In this document: piece after piece, positions 19,173-28,663 of the stretch
How the letters are laid out: every line of letters starts with the position of its first letter
How positions within the stretch are numbered: position 1 is the stretch's first letter
Notes under the pieces: generated by a model
Database searches by the model: none
Told to the model about the DNA's origin: nothing
Seen by the model: the letters and a program-made list of their open reading frames with translations, nothing else
Made by a program: the position numbers and the translations under genes
Assembly: GCA_035647615.1 (NCBI GenBank)
Contig: DASRND010000003.1
Location: forward strand, 3,135-67,134
Length of the DNA stretch: 64,000 nucleotides
Direction: 5' to 3'
Origin: Bacteroidales bacterium
GTDB lineage: Bacteria > Bacteroidota > Bacteroidia > Bacteroidales > 4484-276

Positions 19173-20270
19173 TTCTTGTTATTTTTCTGTCCTGACTCCA
19201 TCAGGAAGGCTTTGATAAATTCGTTGATGTCGCCATCGAGCACGGCCTGGGTGTTGCCGGTTTCGTAACCTGTGCGTACGTCTTTGACCATTCGGTAGGG
19301 ATGCAGCACGTACGAGCGTATCTGCGAGCCCCATTCGATGCGGCGTTTGCTGCCTTCTATTTCGGTGATTGTTTCCTGTTTTTTACTCAATTCGATGTCG
19401 TAGAGTTGTGATTTGAGCATGCGCATGGCTTTCTCGCGGTTTTGCTGTTGTGAGCGGGTTTCCTGACATTCGACAATGATGCCGCTGGGTTCGTGATGCA
19501 GCCTCACCGCCGTTTCCACCTTATTCACATTTTGGCCACCGGGACCGCTCGATCTAAAAGTGTCCCAGGAAATATCAGCCGGATTGATAATGATTTCGAT
19601 GGAGTCGTCGATCATCGGATAAGCGTACACCGAGGCAAAAGAAGTGTGACGCTTGTTTGCGGAATCGAACGGCGAAAGACGCACCAGACGGTGAACACCA
19701 TTCTCACTTTTGAGATATCCATACGCAAAATCGCCTACAAATTCCAATGTTACGTTTTTGATTCCAGCCACCTCACCTTCCTGAAAGTTGACTTCTTTAA
19801 CGCTGTAGTCGTTTCGTTCGCCCCAACGGATGTACATACGCATGAGCATCCCGGCCCAATCCTGACCTTCGGTACCACCGGCGCCTGGATTTATGTGCAG
19901 GATGGCCCCCAGCCTATCCTCCTCGGTGCTAAGCATGTTTTTGAATTCCAGATCTTCGACCATCTGAAGGGTTTTGCTGTATTGCTTTCCGAGGTCTTCT
20001 TCGGTGGCCTCATCTTCTTCGTAGAAATCGTGCATTACACGCAAATCGTCGAGCGACGTCTGTACTTTGGCGAAAGCCTGCGTCCAGATTTTTATTCCTT
20101 GTATATCCCTCATCACCAGCTCAGCTTTTTTCACATCATTCCAAAAGGTGGGCTGCCGGGTGATTTCTTCGAGTTCTTTTATCTGTTGTTCTTTTCCGGA
20201 GATGTCAAAGGTACCTCCTCAGAGCATCCGTTCGGTGGCTGATCTCCTTGATGTTTTCTGTTGATGTCAT
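19169..20270 (-). CDS. prfB: peptide chain release factor 2, requires programmed +1 frameshift
   Basis: The 0-frame [21 protein letters not shown] stops at TGA (20207-20205). The +1 frame continues [14 protein letters not shown]... into the 321-aa track ORF, which contains SPF-equivalent and GGQ (GPGGQNVN) motifs. Confidence 0.9.
20199..20220 (-). other. RF2 programmed +1 frameshift site (AGGAGG-TAC-CTT-TGA-C)
   Basis: The minus strand reads GAGGAGGTACCTTTGACATCTC, i.e. an SD-like AGGAGG 3 nt before the slippery CTT followed by in-frame TGA C. Confidence 0.85.
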
Positions 20271-20343
20271 AAATGTTTTTTGAAATTTGATCAGTTGGTT
20301 TTTGAAACTTATTTGGAATTTGTTTCTGTGATTTACAATTTGC

Positions 20344-20802
20344 TTAAGCGTGCTCGTATTGTTCGATCACCTCCTCGATAAGCGGCATTTCATAACCCAG
20401 CGAGTAGAGGTAACTTTTTAACCGAAAAAACCTTTTGTCGGCTGGCAGCTCTTCCATCAGGCGATATTTTTTTTCGGCGATATGCTCCAGATTGTCGCGG
20501 TACTGACCAGCGTCAATTTTAAGAATCTCAAGGGTTATTGCTGATGATTTTATCTGATGGTGCGCCAATGCGAACCTGATCTTCTTTTCGCCCCAGCGCT
20601 TTTGGTTTACTTTGCTTCTTACGAAAAGTTCGACGAAGCGTTGTTCGTCGAGATAATCTTCTTTTTTGAGGGTCTCAATTATCTCTGTTATTTGATCAGG
20701 CTCCACCCACAAAGCTTTCAGTTTACGCTCTACTTCATGCTCGGAACGCTCCTGATAGGCACAGAAGTTTTTCATTTTTGCAAGCAGATCCTGAGTTTTC
20801 AT
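20344..20802 (-). CDS. recX: regulatory protein RecX
   Basis: MKTQDLLAKMKNFCAYQERSEHEVERKL... is a typical RecX opening with three-helix repeats. I prefer the start at ATG 20802 (no overlap with the upstream gene); the track start is 20835. Confidence 0.75.
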   Translation of the reverse strand: MKTQDLLAKMKNFCAYQERSEHEVERKLKALWVEPDQITEIIETLKKEDYLDEQRFVELFVRSKVNQKRWGEKKIRFALAHHQIKSSAITLEILKIDAGQYRDNLEHIAEKKYRLMEELPADKRFFRLKSYLYSLGYEMPLIEEVIEQYEHA

Positions 20803-20803
20803 T

Positions 20804-21511
20804 TTATTGTTTTTGTCGGGTACCATATTCTTCAATCAAATGGTCGACCAGCATCGGAACTCCCATGCCGGCGGTTTGTTTGATTATTTGCAATTCAGCA
20901 AAACCAGGAGAGGCCTGCGCTTGTGGATCGACGAAAAACAGGGGTATGCCTCTGGGGGTGTAGCTTATCAGATTGGCAGCCGGATAAACGCGCAGGGAAG
21001 TTCCGATGATGATAAATACCTCCGCGCTTTCTGTCAGCGCAATAGCCGGAACAATGTTTTCGGTGATCTCACCAAACCAAACAATATGCGGCCGTAGCTG
21101 GCTTCCCATGCTACACGTGTCGCCAAGCTTCAACTCCCATCCATCGATGTCGGTAACCAGCGAATCATCGGCAGTGCTCCTTGCTTTGCGCAATTCACCG
21201 TGCAGATGCAGGACATTTTTCGAACCGGCGCGTTCGTGTAAATCATCTACGTTTTGGGTCACAATCCTTACGTCAAAAAACTCCTGCAACTTTGCCAGAG
21301 CATAATGTGCCGGATTGGGCTTCACCTCGAGCAACTGCCTGCGACGAATGTTATAAAATTCAAGCACCAATCCCGGGTCGGCAGCCCAGGCCTGTGGACT
21401 GGCAACTTCCTCAAAACGATAGTTGCGCCAAAGCCCATTATCATCTCTGAAAGTTTTTATTCCGCTTTCTGCACTGATTCCCGCACCGGTAAGGACAATA
21501 ATTTTTTTCAT
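20804..21511 (-). CDS. cobB: NAD-dependent protein deacylase (Sir2/CobB family)
   Basis: 235 aa. GAGISAESGIKTFRD, TQNVDDLHERAG and catalytic HG motifs. Confidence 0.85.
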   Translation of the reverse strand: MKKIIVLTGAGISAESGIKTFRDDNGLWRNYRFEEVASPQAWAADPGLVLEFYNIRRRQLLEVKPNPAHYALAKLQEFFDVRIVTQNVDDLHERAGSKNVLHLHGELRKARSTADDSLVTDIDGWELKLGDTCSMGSQLRPHIVWFGEITENIVPAIALTESAEVFIIIGTSLRVYPAANLISYTPRGIPLFFVDPQAQASPGFAELQIIKQTAGMGVPMLVDHLIEEYGTRQKQ

Positions 21512-21582
21512 TTGCTTATGAAAGATTCTCTTATTTCCCGAAATTCAAATAATCTAACAACCCAACAATTGGTTTTCTGTGA

Positions 21583-22527
21583 TTATTCTCCCGCAACGTT
21601 CATATTTTCGAACACTTTTACCAGCGCACGCACCTGATTGGCCGATTCGTGCAACAGGTTGTATTCTTTCTGGTTCAGGTTGAGTTCGATCACTTCTTCG
21701 ATTCCGTTTTTGCCAAGCTTCACGGGCACGCCAATGTAAAGATCGTTGATGCCATATTCGCCATTGAGGCGAGCGCACACCGGAAATATCCGTTTTTGGT
21801 CGTCAACAATGCTTTCCACCATTTGGGCTGCTGCAGCTCCCGGGGCGTACCATGCCGAAGTTCCCATCAGATTCACCAGCTCGCCGCCGCCTTTGCGCGT
21901 GCGTTCCACAATTTTATCAATCTCATCTTTGCCGAGCAGCTCGGTAATGGGGATTCCTTTTACGGAAGTATAACGACGCAGCGGAACCATGGAATCGCCG
22001 TGGCCGCCAAGCAGCAATGCATGAATATCTTTGGGAGAAACGTCAAGGGCCGTTGCCAGAAATGCGGTGTAGCGTCCTGTGTCGAGAATGCCGGCCATAC
22101 CAAAAACTTTGTGCGCCGGTTTGTTGGCTGCTTTCCAGGCTGCGTAAGTCATTACGTCGAGCGGATTACTCACCACCACGATGATTGCTTCAGGCGAATA
22201 TTTTACTACCTTTTCGGTGACATCGTAGATGATGCGTGCATTGGTTTTTATCAGATCATCGCGGCTCATGCCGGGTTTGCGCGGCACACCGGAGGTAATT
22301 ACCACCACACCCGAGCCTTTGGTACGCAAATAATCGTTGGTGCATCCTACCACGCGTGTGTCGAAATTATTGATGGAGGATGTTTGCCAGATGTCGAGTG
22401 CTTTCCCTTCAGCAACACCTTCTTTGATGTCCACCAGCACTACTTCATTAGCAAGATTTTTATGAGCTATCACATTTGCACAGGTTGCGCCCACGTTACC
22501 GGCACCTATTACTGTTATTCTTTCCAT
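21583..22527 (-). CDS. mdh: malate dehydrogenase (LDH-like)
   Basis: 314 aa. MERITVIGAGNVGAT Rossmann motif, the ITSGVPRKPGMSRDDL substrate loop with Arg, and GGHGD. Confidence 0.9.
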   Translation of the reverse strand: MERITVIGAGNVGATCANVIAHKNLANEVVLVDIKEGVAEGKALDIWQTSSINNFDTRVVGCTNDYLRTKGSGVVVITSGVPRKPGMSRDDLIKTNARIIYDVTEKVVKYSPEAIIVVVSNPLDVMTYAAWKAANKPAHKVFGMAGILDTGRYTAFLATALDVSPKDIHALLLGGHGDSMVPLRRYTSVKGIPITELLGKDEIDKIVERTRKGGGELVNLMGTSAWYAPGAAAAQMVESIVDDQKRIFPVCARLNGEYGINDLYIGVPVKLGKNGIEEVIELNLNQKEYNLLHESANQVRALVKVFENMNVAGE

Positions 22528-22688
22528 ATCTTTATAGTTTTTATAAAATTATAAATGATTGCATTACAAACATAGTTTGCAAAATTAGGAAAACCCATCA
22601 GTTTAATTTTTCAGGAAAAGCAGGGTTGCCCTTATTTATGAAACATTAACAAGTAAAAGAAAGGCAAAGGATACTGTTAGGTTCTGCT

Positions 22689-23357
22689 TTACATCATCGA
22701 TTTCACATCGGTATTGATGGAGCGCACACTGAGCATGATGCAGATGATGAGCGTGCCGGCGGCCACCAATGCCAGCAGTAGGTAGTCCTGCGAGAAGAGA
22801 CAGAAGCTGAAGAAGCCATTAAAAAAAACGGCTGCCAGCAAGCCGGTGAGCGAATCGAAAGAACCGCCGGTTCTGAATTTTCCCATCCCTACAAAAAACC
22901 CGAGGATAATACCTGTGAGCAGGTTGGCAAAAGGCACAGCGTAAAGCACTGTGAGCAGGTTGTCGGTATAATCCCATTGATAATAAAAATAAATGTTGGC
23001 CACGGTAGCAAAACCCATCGACACCAATACCGAAAATAAAATACCGTCGAAGGGCTTGGTAATCCTTTCGTTAGGCATGTATTTGTAGCGCACAATCAGA
23101 AACTTGGTAAGCTCACTCAGAAGCCCAATTAGGATGAAGCCATAAAACAAAATGCGCCGAAGGCTTTGCACATGAACCAGCCAGTAGGTGTTTACCAAAT
23201 AAATAGCAATGATCATGGGCAGTGCTGCCACAAACCCGAAAAAATAGGAACCGGCAAAGAGTCCCAGAGTTTTTTTCTCCATTCCGGCTTGTGCTATCAG
23301 CAATAGCAAAAGGAAGAGGGCGGGTGCGATAAATAAAGGAATAAGATAGGTCGCCAT
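22689..23357 (-). CDS. polytopic membrane protein, PrsW-like (weak)
   Basis: 222 aa with about 7 predicted TM segments. SELTKF and FDG...GFATVAN loosely resemble PrsW protease motifs, but the conserved EE and EN residues are not both present. Confidence 0.4.
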   Translation of the reverse strand: MATYLIPLFIAPALFLLLLLIAQAGMEKKTLGLFAGSYFFGFVAALPMIIAIYLVNTYWLVHVQSLRRILFYGFILIGLLSELTKFLIVRYKYMPNERITKPFDGILFSVLVSMGFATVANIYFYYQWDYTDNLLTVLYAVPFANLLTGIILGFFVGMGKFRTGGSFDSLTGLLAAVFFNGFFSFCLFSQDYLLLALVAAGTLIICIMLSVRSINTDVKSMM

Positions 23358-23438
23358 GATGATTGTTAGGTTGAGTGAATCTTAAAAAAATTAATTTTGA
23401 GCAAAATTATAAAATTACAAAAGCGAAAGTAATAAATT

Positions 23439-24377
23439 TTGGAAGGATTAGTAATAAAATCAACCGGAAACTGGTACCAGGTAAAACTGGCAGATGGCGA
23501 AAATCTTAATTGCACCATCAAGGGACGGTTGCGGCTGCGTGGTATCAAGACCACCAACCCGGTGGCTGTGGGCGATCGGGTAAAACTGGAGCGCGTGCCC
23601 GGCCAGCCTGAGGGAATTATCAACGACATCATGCCGCGCAACAACCACATCATACGCAAATCGACCAAGCTCTCGAAACTCTCGCACATCATTGCTGCCA
23701 ACATCGACCTGGCCATACTGGTGGTCACCATACGAGAGCCACGCATCACCGCAGGATTCATCGACCGTTTTCTGGTAACTGCCGAAGCCTATCACATCGA
23801 CGCTGCATTGGTTTTTAATAAAATAGATATTTATCAACCTCCAGATTTGAAAAAGCTGGAGCAATGGTCGGCTATTTATGAGGATGCCGGCTATCCCACT
23901 TTTGGCGTGTCTGCGCTCACAGGCGAAAACGTTGAAGAATTAAAGGCGGCTGTTGCCGGAAAGATAAATCTATTCTCTGGCGTTTCGGGAGTGGGCAAGT
24001 CGGCGCTGATCAACCAAATAGAGCCGGGGCTGAAACTGGCCACCGGACGTATCTCAAGCTACAACGAAAAAGGCCGGCACACCACCACCTACACCGAGAT
24101 GCATCCTTTGACCATCGGCGGCTACATCATCGACACGCCTGGCATACGCGAGTTTGGGCTGGTGGAGTTTCAAAAACACGAGATTGCTGAACGTTTTCCT
24201 GAGATGCGACGTTATATGCATGGTTGCCGGTTTAACAACTGCACCCATATCCACGAGCCTGAGTGTGCTGTAAAGAAAGCTGTGGAAGAAGGGAAAATCC
24301 CCGCATCACGCTATGATAGCTACCTGCGCATTTATAACGACGATTATCTGGACAAGGAACTGTGGGAGTGGGAGTAG
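23439..24377 (+). CDS. rsgA: ribosome small subunit-dependent GTPase A
   Basis: 312 aa. Circularly permuted GTPase motifs (FNKIDI, GVSGVGKSALIN, DTPG) and a C-terminal zinc-finger CRFNNCTHIHEPEC. TTG start. Confidence 0.9.
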   Translation: MEGLVIKSTGNWYQVKLADGENLNCTIKGRLRLRGIKTTNPVAVGDRVKLERVPGQPEGIINDIMPRNNHIIRKSTKLSKLSHIIAANIDLAILVVTIREPRITAGFIDRFLVTAEAYHIDAALVFNKIDIYQPPDLKKLEQWSAIYEDAGYPTFGVSALTGENVEELKAAVAGKINLFSGVSGVGKSALINQIEPGLKLATGRISSYNEKGRHTTTYTEMHPLTIGGYIIDTPGIREFGLVEFQKHEIAERFPEMRRYMHGCRFNNCTHIHEPECAVKKAVEEGKIPASRYDSYLRIYNDDYLDKELWEWE

Positions 24378-24449
24378 CAGCGGCACAATAATTACTTTTA
24401 GCGAAAGCGAAACGTTTTTAAAAATACCTTTACAGAAAAAAATTAAAAA

Positions 24450-25115
24450 ATGACCACCATCGAACTGATCGACGATCTGATAAGCCCTCTTTCGCCCACC
24501 GACACAGTGCAGCATGCGCTGGCGCTGATGCTCGATTGCAAAGTAAGCCACCTGCCCCTGGTAAACCAATCAACGTTTGAAGGCATAATTTCCGAAGAAA
24601 GTCTGCTGGATAAAGATGATGAAAACCTGACACTGGGTGAAATAAATCTGACCACAGTGCCAGTATCCATTTCGCAAAGCGATCATTTTTACAATGCACT
24701 CCGACTTATGGCGCAAAACCGTCTCAGCCTCATTGCTGTCACCAGCCAGGACAACACCTATCTGGGCGCGCTCACTGCCGAAACCGCCATGCGCGAAATA
24801 ACCGAAACCATGTCGCTGGGAAATCCGGGCGGCATCATCGTGCTGCAGGTGAACGAAACGGATTTTTCGCTTAGCGAAATAGCGCGCATTGTCGAGTCAA
24901 ACGACGCCAAAATATTAAGCATGGGAGTGAGCAACCTGCCCAACAACGGCTCATTACAAATTACCCTTAAGCTCAACCGCATTAACATTGAGTCTGTGTT
25001 GCAGACTTTCACCCGATTTGAATATAATATCCCAGCCTATTTCGGGATGAATGAAAAAGACGAAGATTTACTTCGCGACCGTTACGACTCGCTGATGATG
25101 TATCTTAAATTATAG
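24450..25115 (+). CDS. CBS domain-containing protein
   Basis: 221 aa. Two CBS-like modules in the N-terminal 130 aa, followed by an ACT-like tail. Confidence 0.65.
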   Translation: MTTIELIDDLISPLSPTDTVQHALALMLDCKVSHLPLVNQSTFEGIISEESLLDKDDENLTLGEINLTTVPVSISQSDHFYNALRLMAQNRLSLIAVTSQDNTYLGALTAETAMREITETMSLGNPGGIIVLQVNETDFSLSEIARIVESNDAKILSMGVSNLPNNGSLQITLKLNRINIESVLQTFTRFEYNIPAYFGMNEKDEDLLRDRYDSLMMYLKL

Positions 25116-25218
25116 ACCTGTGTTGCGGTGCTTTTCGTTTATTAAAAAATATGCTTTTGAGTTTTATTCCGGATCATCATCTTTATGAACAGATAATAGC
25201 CGTTACTACTAAATTCCA

Positions 25219-26685
25219 ATGAGGCTTGTTTTTCTAATTTTGTTTCTTTTCGCAACAGCCCATCTGGTGCAGGGTCAACGCGCGACTATGGTGACAGATC
25301 GTACCGTCGGCGACAGCGTGTTTGTGGTCAGCAACACCATCGATCCGGAACTACGCATCATCATTGACACCGTCGAAATCAGTGGCAACAAAGTTACCAA
25401 GTCCAAAATTATTTTGCGGGAGCTTACTTTCGATCTCCACGACACCATTGCAGTGCATAACCTGGTAAATCATTTGGAGCGCACACGCGAAAACCTTTTG
25501 AATACCTCTTTATTCAATTTCGTCACCATCCACGACAGCATCCTCACTTATGGGCAGTATTCGCAAGTGATAATTCGCATCGACGTGATAGAACGCTGGT
25601 ACCTGTGGCCATTTCCAATCATTGAATTATCCGATCGCAACTTTAACACCTGGTGGCAAACCAAAGACTTCGACCGTATTTCTTATGGTCTTTTATTAAT
25701 AGAAGAAAATATGCGTGGGCGCAAAGAAAGGCTCAATTTGCTGCTGCGCTTTGGCTACGATGAGAAATATGAATTGAGTTACGATGTGCCCTTTATCAAC
25801 CAAAAACAAACTTTTGGCGCTACGGCAGGCATAGGCTTCAGCCGCAACCACGCGGTTTCGTACCAAACCCGTAACAACAAACTCGACAATGTGAAAGACC
25901 CGAAGAAATATCTCTACACAAGGTTTTATTCTTTTTTGGGCATCACCCACCGGCCATCGCTTTACCAGCATCATTTGCTGCAGCTCGGCTACAGCTCTTA
26001 CAACTTTGCCGACACCGTGCTGCAGCTCAATCCTGAATATTCGTTCAACGGAAAAACACAAAACGAATACCTGACGCTGGTCTACCGCTATACCATCGAC
26101 CACCGCGACTCGAAGAACTATCCGCTTCAGGGCAACTTTCTGCAAGCGAACATAAGTAAAAGTGGCTTTAATGTGTTTCGCGAAGGCGACATATCCATGA
26201 TGGATGTTTGGGGATCCTACCGACACTATTGGAAGCTTTCGAAGCTGTTTTATTTGGGCACCGACTGGACGGGGAAGATTTCCACCTCGCGCGAGCAACC
26301 CTACTTTTATCAGCAGGGGTTGGGCTATGGACGCAATTTTGTGCGTGGATACGAACTTTATGTGGTGGACGGACAAAGCTTTGTGCTTTCCAAAAATACT
26401 TTAAAATTCAATCTTGTCCCCACCAGGGTGAAGAATATTGGTTTTTTGAAATCACAAAAATTCGGGCTTATCCATTACGCTCTTTATTTGAATTGGTACA
26501 TCGATGCCGGCTATGTGGACGATTACCGAAAACTAGATTACAACGAACTGTCGAACAATCTGCTTTTGGGAACAGGAGTGGGGCTCGATTTGGTGACCTA
26601 TTACGATATGGTTTTTCGCTTCGAGTTTTCGGTAAATCGCATGGGTGAACCGGGATTCTTTTTTCATGTAGCCAATACATTATAA
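25219..26685 (+). CDS. POTRA domain-containing Omp85-family outer membrane protein
   Basis: 488 aa. Signal peptide, one POTRA-like module (IIDTVEISGNKVTKSKIILRELTF), then an aromatic-rich beta-barrel region ending in F-x-F-like strands. Confidence 0.65.
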   Translation: MRLVFLILFLFATAHLVQGQRATMVTDRTVGDSVFVVSNTIDPELRIIIDTVEISGNKVTKSKIILRELTFDLHDTIAVHNLVNHLERTRENLLNTSLFNFVTIHDSILTYGQYSQVIIRIDVIERWYLWPFPIIELSDRNFNTWWQTKDFDRISYGLLLIEENMRGRKERLNLLLRFGYDEKYELSYDVPFINQKQTFGATAGIGFSRNHAVSYQTRNNKLDNVKDPKKYLYTRFYSFLGITHRPSLYQHHLLQLGYSSYNFADTVLQLNPEYSFNGKTQNEYLTLVYRYTIDHRDSKNYPLQGNFLQANISKSGFNVFREGDISMMDVWGSYRHYWKLSKLFYLGTDWTGKISTSREQPYFYQQGLGYGRNFVRGYELYVVDGQSFVLSKNTLKFNLVPTRVKNIGFLKSQKFGLIHYALYLNWYIDAGYVDDYRKLDYNELSNNLLLGTGVGLDLVTYYDMVFRFEFSVNRMGEPGFFFHVANTL

Positions 26686-26689
26686 TGAT

Positions 26690-26747
26690 GGGTTGCGGGT
26701 TGCGGGTTTTGAGTTACCATTAACGATGAACGATTAACGATTAACGA
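26690..26747. repeat. two adjacent heptanucleotide tandem arrays: (GGGTTGC)2-3 and (TTAACGA)4
   Basis: GGGTTGC GGGTTGC GGGTTTT at 26690-26710. TTAACGA TGAACGA TTAACGA TTAACGA at 26720-26747. The arrays start 5 nt after the stop of the upstream gene. Confidence 0.85.
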
Positions 26748-26882
26748 ACCAAATCCAGCCTCTCCGCATCAAAAACAGTCGGATAGAAAACCACCACCCA
26801 AAATAATACGATGTTTGTATGAATGTTTTAAAAAGGCTATTCGGCGGAGGTTGATCAGCTATCGCTTTTAAATTCTCAAAAT

Positions 26883-27761
26883 ATGAAAATAGGATTGTTT
26901 GGTAAAAACGTTGCAGACGAAGGGATTCAATACCTGCAGCAGCTCATCGATAAACTGAAACGAGCGCAATGCACCCTGCTGGTGTTCGAGCCTTTTCTTA
27001 ATCAGATTCGCAACAATGTAACACTGGCCTGCGAGGTGCAGCCTTTTAATACACATAGCGAGCTTCGCAACAAGTGCGACCTGTTGTTTTCGATTGGCGG
27101 CGACGGCACCATGCTCGATATTATTTCGCTGGTGCGCGATTCAGGCATACCCGTGCTGGGAATTAACCTGGGCCGGCTCGGATTTTTGTCGAGCATTTCG
27201 CGCGACGAAATCCTACCCGCCATCGACGAGGTGATCGCTGGCAATTACCAACTAGAGCAACGAACGCTCATCACCCTTGAACGCCCCGAAGGTTTGTTTG
27301 GTGAGATGAATTATGCCCTCAACGAGCTTTCGCTTACCAAAACCGACAACACTTCGCTGGCAGTGATTGAGGTTTTTGTTGATAATAAATTTCTAAACAC
27401 CTACTGGGCCGACGGATTGCTGGTAGCAACACCCACCGGCAGCACGGCCTATTCGCTAAGCTGCTATGGCCCTATTATTTCTCCCGATTCCGAAAACTTT
27501 GTAATTACACCCATCGCCAGCCACAACCTTACGGTACGCCCTATTGTGGTGCCCGACAGCAGCGTCATCACGCTGAAGGTGAGCGGACGCAACAAACAAT
27601 ATCTTGCCGGCCTCGACTCGCGCTACAAAACCATCAGCAATACCGAGGAGCTGGTAGTGAAACGTGCCGGTTTCAGACTAAACCTGATACAACTGCCGAA
27701 CAAAGATTTTTTTACCACACTGCGCGAAAAACTCCTTTGGGGCAAAGATCAGCGGAATTAA
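26883..27761 (+). CDS. nadK: NAD kinase
   Basis: 292 aa. GGDGT motif (SIGGDGTMLD) and the conserved NE/TPTGSTAYSLS region. Confidence 0.9.
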   Translation: MKIGLFGKNVADEGIQYLQQLIDKLKRAQCTLLVFEPFLNQIRNNVTLACEVQPFNTHSELRNKCDLLFSIGGDGTMLDIISLVRDSGIPVLGINLGRLGFLSSISRDEILPAIDEVIAGNYQLEQRTLITLERPEGLFGEMNYALNELSLTKTDNTSLAVIEVFVDNKFLNTYWADGLLVATPTGSTAYSLSCYGPIISPDSENFVITPIASHNLTVRPIVVPDSSVITLKVSGRNKQYLAGLDSRYKTISNTEELVVKRAGFRLNLIQLPNKDFFTTLREKLLWGKDQRN

Positions 27762-28003
27762 TAAAATTAATAAGGTTGGATTTAATGAGGTGTTGTTTTC
27801 AACTGAGGTTAAAAAATAGAATAAGGTTTTTTGTTTTTAATCAAAAAAATAGCGCAGTGCGCTGCATGCCAGAACCAATATGGTCATAAAGCAATTTATG
27901 GGCTGCCGACTGAAGACTCCCCCCCCTGTCCCTTCATTGCTGCTGTGATTTATAATAAAAATCCTCATCATGAGTTTATCAATGAAATTCGGATATTTAG
28001 AAA

Positions 28004-28657
28004 ATGTTGAACATCAATAAGCTTTTTTTTACTGTTTTAGGCGGCTTGCTGCTCTTGGCCGGATGCCAAAAAATAGCAGAGGATAAAATCCCGCCGGTCA
28101 TCCTGCTCAATGGTCATAATCCCGCAACGTTGCTGCTGGACATGGGCTGCAGTTACAGTGACCCCGGCGCTGTGGTTATTGACGACCAAACCTCTGGCTT
28201 GAAAGCTACCGTGACGGGAAGCGTGAATTCTGACAGCGCCGGCGTTTATTACCTCGACTACACCGCCGTGGATGCCGACAGCAATGTGGCCACCATTCGC
28301 CGCAAAGTAACCGTACAGCACATTGACTTCAACCACTATGCCGGAACTTTTACTGTCGTCGACACGCTCATCAGAATTCCTCACGTTGATACCAGCTACA
28401 CTTCCAATATCTCCCTCTTTATGTCGAATCCCCGCACATACAGCATTGCCAACTTCAATAATTTTGGCAGCCATTTTAAAGTGCTATTTGCACCCGACTC
28501 CTCAGGCAATTTTCTGGTGAACTACTCTAAAGCTGATACGGTGGTCACAGGTTCCGGCTATACATTCTGCGACGACACCGGTTTTAATATCAGTTACAAT
28601 GTGTATGTTCCGGACTCTATAGAACGACGTAAAACAAGCTACATAAGACCCCGATAA
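28004..28657 (+). CDS. lipoprotein with Ig-like (DUF5011-type) domain
   Basis: 217 aa. Lipobox LLLAGC. PPVILLNG...DPGAVVID...YYLDYTAVDADSN resembles the DUF5011/HYR-like fold signature. Confidence 0.55.
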   Translation: MLNINKLFFTVLGGLLLLAGCQKIAEDKIPPVILLNGHNPATLLLDMGCSYSDPGAVVIDDQTSGLKATVTGSVNSDSAGVYYLDYTAVDADSNVATIRRKVTVQHIDFNHYAGTFTVVDTLIRIPHVDTSYTSNISLFMSNPRTYSIANFNNFGSHFKVLFAPDSSGNFLVNYSKADTVVTGSGYTFCDDTGFNISYNVYVPDSIERRKTSYIRPR

Positions 28658-28663
28658 AAACCT

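Noticed and set aside
20804-21511. I considered whether the Sir2-domain protein could be part of an anti-phage defence system (Thoeris/DSR-like).
   Set aside because: It is a compact 235-aa CobB-type sirtuin with the standard GAGIS/TQNVD/HG motifs. It has no extra effector or sensor domain and no ThsB/TIR or other defence partner nearby. Its neighbours are housekeeping genes (recX, mdh).
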